This document shows positions 26,341-39,387 of a DNA stretch of 64,000 nt, in pieces (within the stretch, counting starts at the first letter, position 1; each line of letters starts with the position of its first letter). Both the position numbers and the translations under genes were made by a program. The DNA lies in contig CM060734.1 in assembly GCA_030704615.1 (NCBI GenBank), forward strand, positions 9,982,001 to 10,046,000. Direction: 5' to 3'. Below the pieces are notes generated by a model. It saw only the letters and a list, made by a program, of their open reading frames with translations, searched no databases and was not told where the DNA came from. The DNA is from Takakia lepidozioides. Its lineage: Eukaryota > Plantae > Bryophyta.

Positions 26341-27164
26341 GTTATGATGGTGGGCGAGGTGGTGCCGTATTTAGTGCAAGAGCTTGCGAGATGGTCATCT
26401 CAATATGCCATTTCGTACTCCTCAATTTGGGTTTATGGTCGTCATTTCCACATCCGCTCTCTCGACATGCGTCAGAAGGGTGAAAGCAAACTACGACATA
26501 TGATTTCATGCGGATGCAATACACAAAGCGGTATCCACTGAAATCATCCTTAAAACACTAGAAGCATTTGTCTTTTCCGAATCGACCGCATGTCCGCGAC
26601 CACTCCGGGAACCACTTGGTAGTAAACGGGACTACTGGAGAGTCGAAATAGACAATGTGGGCCCACGGGGGCATTTCAGATGGTGGACAGAAGTGGGGTC
26701 AACAACTCCGGAGTCGTAGCAGAATTCCAGGCTATTTAACGAATTGCGTAAATATATAAAATTTGAAAAAGCCAAAATTACAAGTGGTTCTAATTACTGC
26801 ACATGCGACTACAAATTTTCTTTCCTAATTCAATTAATGGAATAAAGATATTTATTCATTAAAGTGAATATGTAGTTGACTCAACGACCCCATGAACCAC
26901 TGCGCATTCATTGCACCCGTGATTCGGCAGCACATTTGCTGACGTGGCTTTCACAAAAAGAGATAAACAAAATGTGGCCTTGAGGGAATAGATATTTTAA
27001 TACGTGCTGCCTCCACCTGGCAGAGATAGGGATGCAAGTGCTGCGTCGGACATGGTGGGACGTGGGAATGCGAATCCTGACACGGCAAGGCCTTCGTATA
27101 CTGTGAGCGCGCGTAGTGGCTTCTCAGAAGGGTGTGACATTGGGGTCTTGGTCATTCAACATTT

Positions 27165-29050
27165 ACAGAATGTGCTGGATGGAGGCACAATGGAGCGCGC
27201 ATACGGGCATGCCCTTTTGACATCAATTCCCAAGTATCCACGCAAGGTGAGGCTGCTGAATTGGGTTTTTGCCCGTCTAGTTTTCTTACAGCATGCTCGA
27301 AACGTTCATAGTGCCATTGAGTGGCCCTGCAATAATTTGATGTGTAGTTGCTTTTCCATTTCACAAGTTATGAAGAAGGTGTCGCAGAAGAAGATCGCAA
27401 AGACGTCAAGGCTGAAGGATATGCCCTTTGGTTGTGAACTACAATCATATCATGCCAAACCTCATTTTCCCCACGCAGATGAGGGAGACATTCTGCATTT
27501 GCGAGTAGTGGGACTTAATTCCTTGCTTTAGCTTGAAGGTAGTCGTAATACCAGAGAAACTGAAAACTACCTCCAAGAAAGTTGAAACTCGCAAGATAGT
27601 CATGTATTCGTCTCATTATCTCCAAACTGGGATTCCGAGTTATCAGCCGACCCTTTACATGTGTGCTGGATGGAGTATAATTATGGTTTAGGCATTTCCT
27701 GCCACCAGACGTTCGCTTCTCCAATTTTTACATTTAAGGATGTGTCTGTGTTTATGACACTCTTTCTCCCAAGGAGGCCTGAGTACCCCCCTGTACTTGC
27801 AAGAATTTGATGTGTAGCTGTTTTTCTCTTTTCATAAGTTATGAAGAAGCAATCACAGAAGAAGATCGCAAAGAGGTCAAGGCTGAAGGGGTTCATTAAG
27901 GTTGTGAACTACAATCATATCATGCCAAACCAGCTTTTCCTGACGCAGATGGTGTCATGAGACATTCTACGATTTGCGCGTAGGTGGACTTAATTTCGAT
28001 GTTGACTTGAAGGCAGTTGTGACACCAGAGAAACTGGAAACTACCTCCAAGAAAGTTGAAACTCGCAAGATAGTCATGTATTCGTCTCATTATCTCCAAA
28101 CTGGGATTCCGAGTTATCATCCGGCCCTTTACATGTGCGTTGGATGGAATATAATTCTGGTTTAGGCATTTCCTGCCACCAGACGTTCACTTCTCCAATT
28201 TGCACATTTAAGGATGTGTCTGTGTTTATGGCACTTTTTCTCCCAAGGAGGCCTGAGTACCCCCCTGTACTTGCAAGAATTCGATGTGTAGCTGCTTTTC
28301 CCTTTCATAAGTTATGAAGAAGCAGTCACAGAAGAAGATCGCAAAGAGGTCAAGGCTGAAGGGGTTCATTAAGGTTGTGAACTACAATCATATCATGCCA
28401 AACCAGCTTTTCCTGACGCAGATGGTGTCATGAGACATTCTACGATTTGCGCGTAGGTGGACTTAATTTCGATGTTGACTTGAAGGCAGTTGTGACACCA
28501 GAGAAACTGGAAACTACCTCCAAGAAAATTGAAACTTGCAAGATAGTCGTGTATCAATCTCGTCATCTCCAGTGATTCCGAGTTATCATCTGACCCTTTG
28601 GATTTGGACTGGATGGAGTATAATTCTGGGTTAGGCATTTCTTGCCACCACACGTTGGCTTCTCAAATTTTTGCATTTAAGGAGGTATCTGTGTTTATGG
28701 CACTCTTTCTCCCAAGGAGGCCTGAGTACCCCCTTTTACTTTCCCGCAATTTGATATGTAGCTGCTTTTCAATTTCACAGGTTTTGGAGAAGGCGTCACA
28801 GAAGAAAATCGCAAAGAGGTCAAGGCTGAAGGCGTTCATTAAGGTTGTGAACTACAACCATGTCATGCCAAACCAGCTTTTCCCGTTGCTGATGGTCTCA
28901 TGAGACATTCTGCATTTGGGAGTAGGTGGACTTAATTTGGATGTTGACTTGAATGCAGTTGTGACACCAGAGAAACTGGAACCTACCGCCAAAAAAATTG
29001 AAACTTGCCAGATAGTCATGTATTCGTCTCGTTTTCTCCAAACTGTGATT
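27165..29050 (+). pseudogene. RPL27: 60S ribosomal protein L27 (eL27) pseudogene fragment with a ~470-bp exon/intron unit repeated 4 times
   Basis: DGGTMERAYGHALLTSIPKYPRK followed by a GT donor; repeated [23 protein letters not shown] and DVDLKAVVTPEKLE; units start at 27367, 27838, 28311 and 28781. Confidence 0.85.
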
Positions 29051-29069
29051 TTGAGTTATCATCCAACCC

Positions 29070-30312
29070 TGTATGCATGATTTGTGCAAAGGCATGCCTA
29101 GTTGAAAGAGTAGGGATACAGTGTGGGTCCAGATTCTTCCAACAGAACCGGCCTTCGAGCTTTAGATTACATTTGATTCTCTGTTGGTTTTAGCTACAAG
29201 AAACCTGCATGGGTACATGCTCAACTGGAATCTGTAGCAGCTGCGGCACAATTGAGCAAAATCAGGCGCTGCTAATGAAGGCACTTCCTTCGAGACCCAA
29301 TTCACCATGTTTTTCCCTCTTGTCAGATCCTGCCCTAAATTTTCTGGTTCAATTCTGCAAGTTAGCTGGTTGAGTGAACCTTTGATGGTTTGGAGTGACT
29401 TTGACATGATACTTCCAATGAGTCAACAGGAAAGTATCCAGAAACAGGTGACACATACGAGGCAAAGCAGTGGAATGAACACTTTTGTGACCCTGGCAGT
29501 CAATAGTGGGACAATCGAGGCAAATGGTGTATGCCTGTTGGATTGCAGAGAGTACCAGATGCAAGGCAACATAGGAACTAGTGTGATAAGTTGTGTTCGG
29601 TGTTTCCTAGAACAAATCTAGGCTACCATTATCAGCTGCAAGGCAAGGATGTACGCATCTTTTCTGCAGAGGCGGTAATACCTGAAGGAGCAGGGATGGA
29701 GTGTGGGTCCACATTCATCCAAGAGGGCCAGATTTCAAGCACAAGATTACCTATGATTCCTTGTGGATCAATAGCGGCAACAAACCTGCATGGGTAGATG
29801 GTCAAGTAGAAGCGCAACATCAGCCGGCTCATATCTGGAAATCAGGCACTACTAATGAAGGCACCGTGTTCAACACATTTCAGTCGATTTTCCCCTCTTA
29901 TCAAAATTGGCCCTAAAATTTCATGTTCAATTCTGCAAGTTTGCTACTTCAGTTAATCTTTGATAGTTTGGAGTGACTTTGAAGTGATGATGCCAATGTG
30001 ACAACAGGAAAGTGAGGGGAAACAGGTAACACAGATGTCATCGAAGCTATGGAATGACTACTTTTCTGACCCTGGCAGGCAACGGTGGGTCAACCGAGGT
30101 AAAAGGGTAAATGCACGTTGAAATACAGAGAGTAGCACATATCCATTGAGCATAGGAACTAGTGTGATGAGTCTGAATTGGGTTTTTCCTAGAACAAATG
30201 AAGGCAGTCATTGTCAGCTACTAGCACCAAGGCAAGCATGTATGCATGATTTCTGCAGAGCATGGATAGCTGAAGGTGCAGAGATAGAGTTTGGATCCAG
30301 ATTCATCCAAGA
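29070..30312. repeat. Diverged tandem repeat, ~585-bp period, slightly over 2 units
   Basis: GTAYGCAT..TT.TGCA.AG...GTGTGGGTCCA.ATTC.TCCAA recurs at about 29070, 29651 and 30240. Confidence 0.75.
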
Positions 30313-31554
30313 AATGTACTAGGAATATGAATATGATGGTGTGCTGCATCGTGACATAAACCTGCATTTGACATTCAGGCTTAGGATTCATGCGATTTGA
30401 TGCTGGTCAGGCCTGCACAGTTCCTCCGCAGAAGTGGGAGCCCATATGAGGGATGGGGACCTCGTAAGTGCTTCTTCATTTTGTACTCACCTTGTTTTTG
30501 CATTGCACTTGTGCTGCAAAGGGCAGAGCCATTCATTTGGCTAGAGGTTCAACTCCTCTGCAAGTGAGCTATTCCCGTATCACTACAATCAGCTAGATGT
30601 GTTTGTGGTGGTTGCTGGATTTGCGGCTCTGGGGGGTCTTGCCAAGTGCTTACAGGGATCAACGTTAATGTGGACGTGGCAGTCTACCTTAGAACAATAA
30701 ACAGATGCAGAGAAGAAGAGGACAATGCCAATGCGGGCTGTGTGGTCGGCAATATTCATTTTCTGACCCTGCTGCCATGACCCGTTTGGGAGCTAGAGGC
30801 TAACGTCAGTAAATATGCTGCGGTGGCATTCAACTACAGAAATCCCTCCATCATAGGTAATTTGGAGCTTGAAATCCGGCCCTCTTACACCAACAAGCTT
30901 AGCTCCACGGATTCTTCTAGCGGCTCTTCGGATTCCTGCGATCCCTCCACCACCTTCGCCTTTTGAGTTAGGCATGCAAACATCTTCTGCATTTAAGTGT
31001 CCTATCATACAGTCTAAGAATTGCACAACGAAAATGATGGAGGGTTTTGGTGCTCGATCAGCTGTGTGTATCCCGATATGACGGAGCTCTCATTGGGGGC
31101 TGAGTTGCCTGCTGCTGCGAGATGACCATCTCCTCCTGAAGACGCATCTGCTTCCTCCCCTTCGGCATTGGCCTACGTCCGATGTACAACTTGCGGAGCT
31201 TGCGACGATGTCTATTCTCTAGTGCACGAACTCCATCCCTCTCAGGTTGGAGCATAAGAAGAACAGAGACACGGAAAAGAGGCGAAGAGTGCAGATGGAA
31301 AGGGCGCGAGAGGGGTGACTGAGTAGACATGACAAAAGAAGATGAAACGGCGGTGTTGCACCACTTGGGTTCGAAAGGCTGGGATGAAGGTGTCTCCTCA
31401 TGGACTATGCCTCATAACGAAATTCGAATCGTCAAAGGTACGCCTGCCGTCCGCCAAACAAACATCATTAATCAACGGTCAGGCTACGCCGCCTCCTGTC
31501 ACTTCAGCCAGCATGAGTGCATACATGAGAATGCGGTGCCACATTTTCGTTGGT

Positions 31555-34500
31555 CGGAGGGCGAATAAACCTGCTGACAGCAAAGGAGTGGGCCGTGGAG
31601 GAGCCACACGAACCCCAGTTTTTGCTTTACGTAAGACAAGTGGAAGGAGAAGTCGATAGGGAGCCGAGCCCAGATTGGATCAAGGGGATCCTGGAGAAAT
31701 ACCAGGATGTGATGCCAGAGGATTTACCAAGCGGCTTGCCACCGCGAAGAGGAGTTGACAACAAGATAGAGGTGATACCGGGATCGGAGCCGCCTGCCAA
31801 GACGCCCTACCGGTTGAGCCACAGAGAGTTGGTCGAGCTGAAGGCCCAGCTCAAGGATCTAATATCAAAGGGGTACCTCCGGCCGAGTAAGTCACCTTAC
31901 GGAGCCCCGGTGCTATTCGCAGACAAGAAGGATGGGACGCTGCGGATGTGTGTCGATTACAGGGCTCTAAATAAGGTGACTATCAAGAACCAGTACCCTT
32001 TGCCAAGGATTGACGACCTCTTTGATTGGTTGGCAGGAGCAAAGTAATTCAGCTGGATCGATTTGCGCTCAGGTTACCATCAAATCCGAGTGGCGGAAGG
32101 AGATGAGGAGAAGACCGCGTGCAGGACAAGATATGGTTCATATGAGTTCTTGGTGATGCCTTTTGGGCTCACCAACGCACCCGCGACCTTTAGCACGCTA
32201 ATGAACAGCCTTTTCCAGGAGTGGTTGGATGATTTTGTGATCGTGTACATTGACGACATCTTGGTGTACTTGAAAACAAAGGAAGAGCACCTGAAGCACC
32301 TCAAAAGGGTGTTCCGGAAATTGCAGGAATTGAAGCTGTATGCCAAAGCTTCAAAGTGCGAATTTGGGGTCACAAAATTGGAGTTCCTAGGGCATGTGAT
32401 TACACATGATGGGATCAAAATGGATGACAGAAAGGTGAGGGCGATCTTGGACTGGGAGCCTCCGACTTCGGTCCCGGGAGTGCGATCCTTCCTAGGACTC
32501 GCCTCCTATTACCAAAAGTATGTGAGAAATTTCGCCAAGATCGCGGGGCCGTTGTCAGACCTTCTGTGTAAGTCCAAGGTATGGGTATGGAACACCTTTT
32601 GTGGCCAAGCTTTTGCCGAGTTGAAGCAGCGGATGGCGGAAGCTCTAGTCCTGAAAATCCCGGAGTTCGACCGTCCATTTGAGATTCATACAGATGCGTT
32701 GGACTTCACAATTCGGGGTGTGCTCATGCAGGATGGACGTCCAGTGGCTTACGAAAGTAAGAAATTGAATGAAGTGGAGCGACGGTGGCCTATGCACGAG
32801 AAAAAAAATGAAGGCGGTGGTACATTGCCTTGAGCTTTGGCGCCACTATGTTGGTTCCAACCCGGTGAAGGTGTTCACGGACAATGTCACGGTGAAGTAT
32901 TTTTCCACACAACCTAAGTTGTCCCCAAAACAACTTAGGTGGCAAGACACTTTGGCAGTGTTCGACGTGGATATCCAGTACAAACCGGGACGGGACAATG
33001 TGCTGGCCGATGCTTTAAGTAAAAAATAGCAGTTCATGTTGGGGTACAGGGGCAAGACGACGCTCCAAAGGAAGATTCGGAAGGCTTACCGGAAGGATGA
33101 GATGGCGAAGTCCGTGATGTGGGACTTGAGGATGGGGGTTAAATCGCAGTTCCACTTGCACAATGGACTGCTCCGGTACAAGCAAAAGCGTCTCTGCATG
33201 CCAAAGGGAGGGATCAGAGATAGTCTCTTGAGAGAATGCCACGATGGCCTGCTTGCGGGCCATGGCGAAGCCAAGCGCACCGCGGCACTCCTGAAGAAAG
33301 AGTATTTTTGGCCCAAACTGAGGGAGGAGGCCGAGGAATATGTCAAGACATGCACCATATGCCAACAAAACCGGAGCGAGTACAAAAAGCAAGTGGGGCT
33401 GTTACAACCCTTGCTGATTCCAGAGAGGTCTTGGGAAAGTGTCTCGATGGATTTCATGACTTCTATGCCGCTGTCAAAAGGATTCGATACAATCATGGTG
33501 GTGGTGGATAGGTTCAGTAAAATGGGCCATTTCATCCACATCAAGGAGACAACAACAGCGCAGGAGACGGGGCGACTTTACTTCGCCCACGTCTTCAAGC
33601 ATCATGGACTCCCGAATGATATTGTCTCGGACCGCGATCCAAAGTTTACAAATAAATTTTGGAGGGCACTTTGGAAGAAAATGGGGACGATGCTCAAGAT
33701 GAGCACAACCTTCCGACCTACAACGGATGGCCAAACGGAAAGAGTGAATTCCGTGGTGAAGCAGATCTTGCGGAATTATTTGTCGGCAGACCAGTCAGAC
33801 TGGGTGGAGCACTTGGATGCGGCAAAGTTCTGTTATAATAACACAAAATACTCCGCAACGGGAGTTTTCCCTTTCGTATTGGTCTATGGAAAAGCACCTC
33901 TGGTGCCGACAAGTTGGGCCGCCCAGGACATTGAGGAACCGGCAGCAGCAGCGGTGCTGGAAGAACGCAAACGTTTGTTGGAGCTCGCAAAATACAACAT
34001 TGCCAAAGCTAAGAAACGGTATGAACGGCAGGCGAATCGGAAGCGGAGGGAAGTTAAGTTTGAGGCAGGCACGGAGGTATGGTTGAACATCAAGAATTTT
34101 GGAATACCTCCAGAAGTGAGTCCAAAGTTCGTACCTCTGTATGCGGGGCCCTTTCACATCCGGAAGGTTATGAATGAGGATGTGTATGAATTGGAGCTGC
34201 TAGCAAACAACAAGGTGCATCCGGTATTCCACATTTCCCTTTTGAAGCCTTACTTCAAAGATGAAGCACGTCCGAATCGGCATCAAATGTTGCGTCCGCC
34301 ACCTGTGCTGTTGGATCATGAAAATGAACTTGAGTACGAGGTGGAGGCAGTGCTTAAGTCGAGGAGGTTCAAGAATCAAGAAATGGAGTATCTCGTGAAA
34401 TGGAAGGGCTATCATCAAGTGGAGACAACTTGTGTGCGTGCCTCTGAAATGGGAAACGCATCCGAGGCGGTTGCAGCTTTCGAAGGGCGACCTCAGAAGC

Positions 34501-36143
34501 GGAAGAAGCGTTGATGGGACATCAACCTTGGATCGTGGGGGAGGAAATGCATGCTTAGTCCGGCTTAGCTAGCTCAGGAATCCGATTGCAAAAACTTGTG
34601 TTGTACAAATTTTGTTTATAAATGAAATGGTTTTCAAATGTAGTGCGTCCTATTTTGTTTGGAATGGTGATGCATGGTATGGTTGGCTAGTGTGTAGAAT
34701 GGATGCTAGCTTACAAAAGTGGGAGAGGTAAATTGGATTAATCGTGTGTTTGTGCAGTGCCGAAATCGGGTGACTCCCATCCAAGGGACAAGGAAACTTG
34801 CGTCTACTTTGGGAGTTCACGTGCTAGTGCACACCTGGCGCGTGCGCGTACTATAACTGCACTATCGAGGGGGTTGTCTTGTAGTGCGGGCTAACGCGGA
34901 AGCTACATGCTTCCGTTCACGTACTATAATCGTGTAGCCTCGGGACGAAGTCGTAGTGTGACTTCGGCGTGTTCCCGTACCTCAGGCCAGCATTCCAAGG
35001 CGGACCCAATTGTAGTGATTGGGGCACACGGTTGGTTCAAGGTTATCTTCCTAGTAAAAAACAGTTCAAGGTGAACCCTTGCTCAAGGTGATGCCAAAAA
35101 GCGGCATCATGAGCGATCGCAAGCAATGTTGTTGTAGTAAGGCAATTCGATCTTCGGGGAGGATCGTTCCTTCGCCTTGAAGTGGGCCAAGAAGAGTGCA
35201 CTAGGTGGAGCTGGAGAGGCTCCACCCTTGGCCGGGACTTGAGGAAGTCGTCCGAACTAGCTAGTGGAGAGTAGAGTCAAGTGGGGGTTTGGTTCTTTGC
35301 CATGACACGCCATGGTACGGAAACAAACTCCTTGATGTGGGACGCCACAACTTGGATGTTAGTTTCTACAAAATGGACAAGTCGATGAGGACATCGACTC
35401 CCTGTTGATAGGGGTGTGTGTCGCTGCCCTTTGCCTTGAGGGCAAGGGGGTCGGGACACATGAGGGGCTGCCCCTGTGGTGGGGGCAGTGGCAACAATAG
35501 GTACGGGGGCTAAAGCACCCTTGAGTGCCCAAGGCACTCAGGGAGGCGGAGGCGCTCACTAGGTGGAGCCCCGCACACCGGATTGCGGTGGGGGTGGCTC
35601 CACAAGGGGTGGAGGTAGCTTAGTGGGACTTAGTGGGGTTGCATAGGACTCACCATTGGGCGGAGACCTTGTGGTGGGAGTCGTGGGGAGTCTTGGGACT
35701 CACCACGGTCCAATGGGGCTGTGGTGGGTGGGCCAAGACTCACCGCGACTCATCACCGGGAATCGAGGGTCTTCGTGGTGGTTCGCCATAAAATGGCATG
35801 GTTGTTTGTGAAACCCCCGCGGACAGTCACAAAAGTATATATAGGGAGTAGTAATCCCGAGAACGGTGCAAGCCCGTTGGTGACCAAAAACTAGTGAGTA
35901 AGCGTGCGAGCCGGAAAGCGACCAAGGTGTGGGGAGCTGTTCCGGACTGCCAACAACCAAAGGGAATTTCCACTAGGCCCAGAGTGAGCGAGGGTCTTGT
36001 GGAGGAGCAAAGGGGGACCGTTATGTCCCGGTGAGCAGCCGAAGCTCCGAGTTGGCCCGGTGGCCAGTTTGGGAGTTAGGCGCGCGCATCAAAGCGAGTA
36101 ACTATGACGTGAAGGGGAGCTTACCAAAGGGAGTTGTGCGACA
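31555..36143 (+). mobile_element. 5'-truncated chromovirus (Ty3/Gypsy): RT-RNase H-integrase-chromodomain, 3' UTR, 3' LTR 35419-36143
   Basis: YIDD, MDFMTSMP, TDGQTER, YEVEAVL..YLVKWKGY; PPT-like GATAGGGG before the TG..CA LTR; internal stops. Confidence 0.95.
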
Positions 36144-36619
36144 CGTTTAGCCATTTCTCCAAGGGGTTTAGCCACACCAAGCTAGGGTTTGTATCTCCTT
36201 GAACTCTAGGCTTCCTTGCACCGAGCTATGGCGGCTGTGAAGAAATCAGCAATGTATTCTTACTCTCTTTGGCTCCCACACAACACTAATAGTAGCTCTA
36301 AGTCATGAGGAAGATGCTTGCCACAAACCAAGCCCTCTTTCTCATTTAATCTCCCCGAACACGCCACTCAAGAACGTGACAAGCAACCATGCCTTGCTGG
36401 TTTCCAGCCCTTGTAAGCACTAATTCATGCGCTCTCCTTGGCGATAACATGTATCTTAGAGCCTATTCCAGCCCCCTACACCTGCCGCTTCAAGACCCAT
36501 GCTCTATCTAGCTTGAAGTTGAAACCCCAACTCAAAACATGCTCTACAAGTGCCGGACTGTCACATAAGAGCAAATCTTCCCTTCTAGCTCTCCAAAGCT
36601 TAAAGATAGAAGCTTCAAT

Positions 36620-36808
36620 GGGCTGAATGCATGCTCCACACATGCATCCCTTCACACAAGAGGTATCAGCCCCCTATCTTGGCTGAATGCATGCTCCACA
36701 CATGCATCCCCTTCACACAAGAGGTAATATCAGCCCCCTATCTTGGCTGAATGCATGCTCCACACATGCATCCCTTCACACAAGAGGTAATATCAGCCCC
36801 CTATCATG
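36620..36808. repeat. ~60-64 bp tandem repeat, 3 copies
   Basis: TGGCTGAATGCATGCTCCACACATGCATCCCTTCACACAAGAGGT...CAGCCCCCTATC x3. Confidence 0.9.
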
Positions 36809-37149
36809 GCTCCTTGGCTCCTTGATGCTCTCTAAAACAAGACTAAGCACTCCACAGCCTTTGCAAGCTCTTGAAACCCTAAGGTTTACATTTCCAGCCA
36901 CAAGACACTCCTCTTGTGATGCAAGAGCTCTTCTTCCAGCTCTGAAACCCTAGGTGCACATTTCATGGCCTTGCCGCACCTCTTAACTCCTGCTCCAACC
37001 CTACTCTTGCCATGGCACAAGCCCCTCTCAATGCTGAAGCTTGAGATTGAAACCCAATCTCAACATACTCCACAAAGTGCACTGATTTGCCCAAAGCCAA
37101 ATCAGCCCTCTCGCTTGGTCTTTTAATCCTTCGCACAATGAAGCTCGCA

Positions 37150-38640
37150 TTTGGAGCAGCTCAGAGATGATGAGGTGGTCAGGCACAAGGTGCAAGCCAA
37201 GGCCAAGCTCAACATGGCCAAGGATGTGGAGGTCAGGGTATTGACCAAGGCATGACCAACCGGCTTCAGCAGCTGGAGCATAGGCTTGCTGCCATGGCCA
37301 CAGCTCAGGTGGTACCAGCTCCAAGGCCTGAGGGTCCACCTCCTGCGCCTGAGGGAGGAGATATGGGAGGCATGGGATTCATGTGCGGGGCAGCACTACC
37401 ACTAGTGCAGGTGGAGTCTGCTGCAGCCGTGACTTGAGGAGCAGCACGAGTTCCTGAGCCACGAGGTGCAGAGGTGGAGTTGGATCCATAGCGTGGGCAG
37501 GCAAGCCGTCAGGCTAGGCTGCCTCAATCATTCACATTGGCGGAGACAGAGTTGACGCCATCCATGGCACCCACTTCTCGCCCGACGGATACCGAGGCTG
37601 AGGTCACTTTGTCATTGGGGAGAGCTATACGTGCAACACCATTACCTAATGTTGCCAAAGCTATGGCAGCTAGTGTGCTGCTGGGGGCAGCCACATCTGT
37701 GTGCCAGGCTCCATTGTTCTCGGCAACCATGATTGCGATGCCGGGGGTAAGACCAGCTGCAGTGTTTAGACTGGCAGCGACACTTTGTGAGAGTGAGGAG
37801 GTCATTTCATCTTCTGCGGAATTAGTGGAGGGTGTAGTGGCGGAGGGATCCTCGGATTTGAAGGTCAAGACTGCCACGGCGACACCATGGCAAGCTGCGG
37901 CTACTAGGTTGACGGAGCTGCCAGCTAGGCCAGCCATTGAGTGCGCCATGGTGACACCTGGGGTTGTCTTGCTAGACAACCAGGAGGGTATTTTCTGTTT
38001 GAGTGGACCGGCAGGCAAGAGGTACCGGCCACTGCGGGTCTTATTGGACTCGGGAGCTCAGCCGTTGATGCTGGGCAGAGCTGCTATTACAGGCTTGGGC
38101 CTTACAGAGGCAGATATGGAGCCTTGTCCTTTCCAGATACAGACATCTCTGGGGGTTTCAGAGCAGGCTTGAGGCATGACACGACGTGAGTTGGCTATTA
38201 GACTACAGCCGGATCACCCTACAGATGGCTCAGTGATGCGAGCCAATGCCATTGTGACAGACGCGGTCTCTTACGATGTCCTAGTTGGTGGGGCAGTGTT
38301 GTACCCCATGGGCTTCACCCTGGATTTTTGGGAAGAGACAGCCTCCTATAGGCCTGGATGGCAGTCAGGAGAGGGCCGGCGTGTGTAGCTCCCTGTGACA
38401 TTCATTGGGGGAGTTGCGGTTGCCCAGCGGGGCAAGATGCCAACACTAGCAGCATTCACAGCTGCAGTGAGTTGGCCTGGAGAGCTGTTGGAGGGCAATG
38501 CCCATGGAGAGGATGTGCCACCTCCAGCAGAGCATGAGGACATGCATGGCACGGCGGAGTTGCCTGGCATGACTTCTCACACCCCATTGTGGGGCACGAG
38601 CAAGGATTTGCAGCGGGTTGCTGATTGGCGGGTGCAACGG
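37150..38640 (+). mobile_element. Degenerate Gypsy gag-end/aspartic protease fragment
   Basis: RVLLDSGAQPLMLG (catalytic DSG) and YDVLVGGAVL; in-frame stops. Confidence 0.75.
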
Positions 38641-39387
38641 GCTGTGACCTGTGACCTGTGTAGGACTGTGCCGGCCTGTGGTGGCCCGTGTTGACCTGTG
38701 TGTGGCCTGTGCCAACCTGTGGACAGCCTGTGTTGGCCTGTGGTGGTTTGTTTGAAACTTCAGTGGATGGCGTGGTTTCCTGAGGTGGTTCCATTCTTAG
38801 GAATGGTTGAAGGACACAATGAGGCACTGGTGGACTGCCTAAGGACTGGCATGTGGCCTTGAAGGCCAAATTTCGAAGCTCGTGGAGGGCGGTTTGAGGA
38901 GTATCTACATGATACTCCCCATGGTCATGCAAGTGAGGGAAGAGAGGAGAGGGAGAGTACTGGGATGAGAGCATGCTGGGGATAGGCATTGCTTTAGCTT
39001 CTCTTCCTCATAGTTTCCCATCCTCTCCGTAGGCTGAGACCTTTCTGTAGGTGGAGGCAAGAGTCAGTCCTGGTTTGGGCTGGGGTGTCCTTGCAGGAGC
39101 GACACGGTGGAGAGATTTTTGGTGTGGGGGAGTTGTTGTTTTCATTTCTTGTGTTTGGATCCCCTCCATGCTTGCATGCTTGACTGTGCGCCATGTTAGT
39201 TTTGTGTGGGCGCTTGCTTTTATAGGTGATTGGTCCGGATTTGATCACCGGCCAGTCCTAGAGTGTGCTGTTGATGGTGAGGCTGGGGTGATGACCAGTC
39301 AGACCATCATTGTTTCTCATGTGGTGAGGTTGGAGGTGATGACCAGCCAACCATTGGAGTGTTTGCAGTTGATGCAGGTGCAAGTGC

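Noticed and set aside
29300-29400. LRR-like NQLTCRIEPENLGQ on the minus strand
   Set aside because: Not preserved in the second repeat unit and no LRR periodicity.
30330-30480. Kinase-like GVLHRDI and an exon-like segment
   Set aside because: No following KPxN or DFG motif; too short to support a call.
32080-34418. Antisense ORFs over Gypsy pol (also at 40-43 kb and 57-61 kb)
   Set aside because: Shadow frames of pol, repeated only because the copies are similar.
34835-34900. HDV-like or twister ribozyme in the chromovirus 3' UTR
   Set aside because: A 7-bp P1 and a GCUAA can be drawn, but the L3/P1.1 CC-GG pairing and the twister core motifs are absent.
38640-38800. Extra enzyme domain (for example a C5 methyltransferase) after the Gypsy protease
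   Set aside because: The sequence switches to a CCTGTG-type minisatellite and LTR-like DNA; no MTase motifs are visible.
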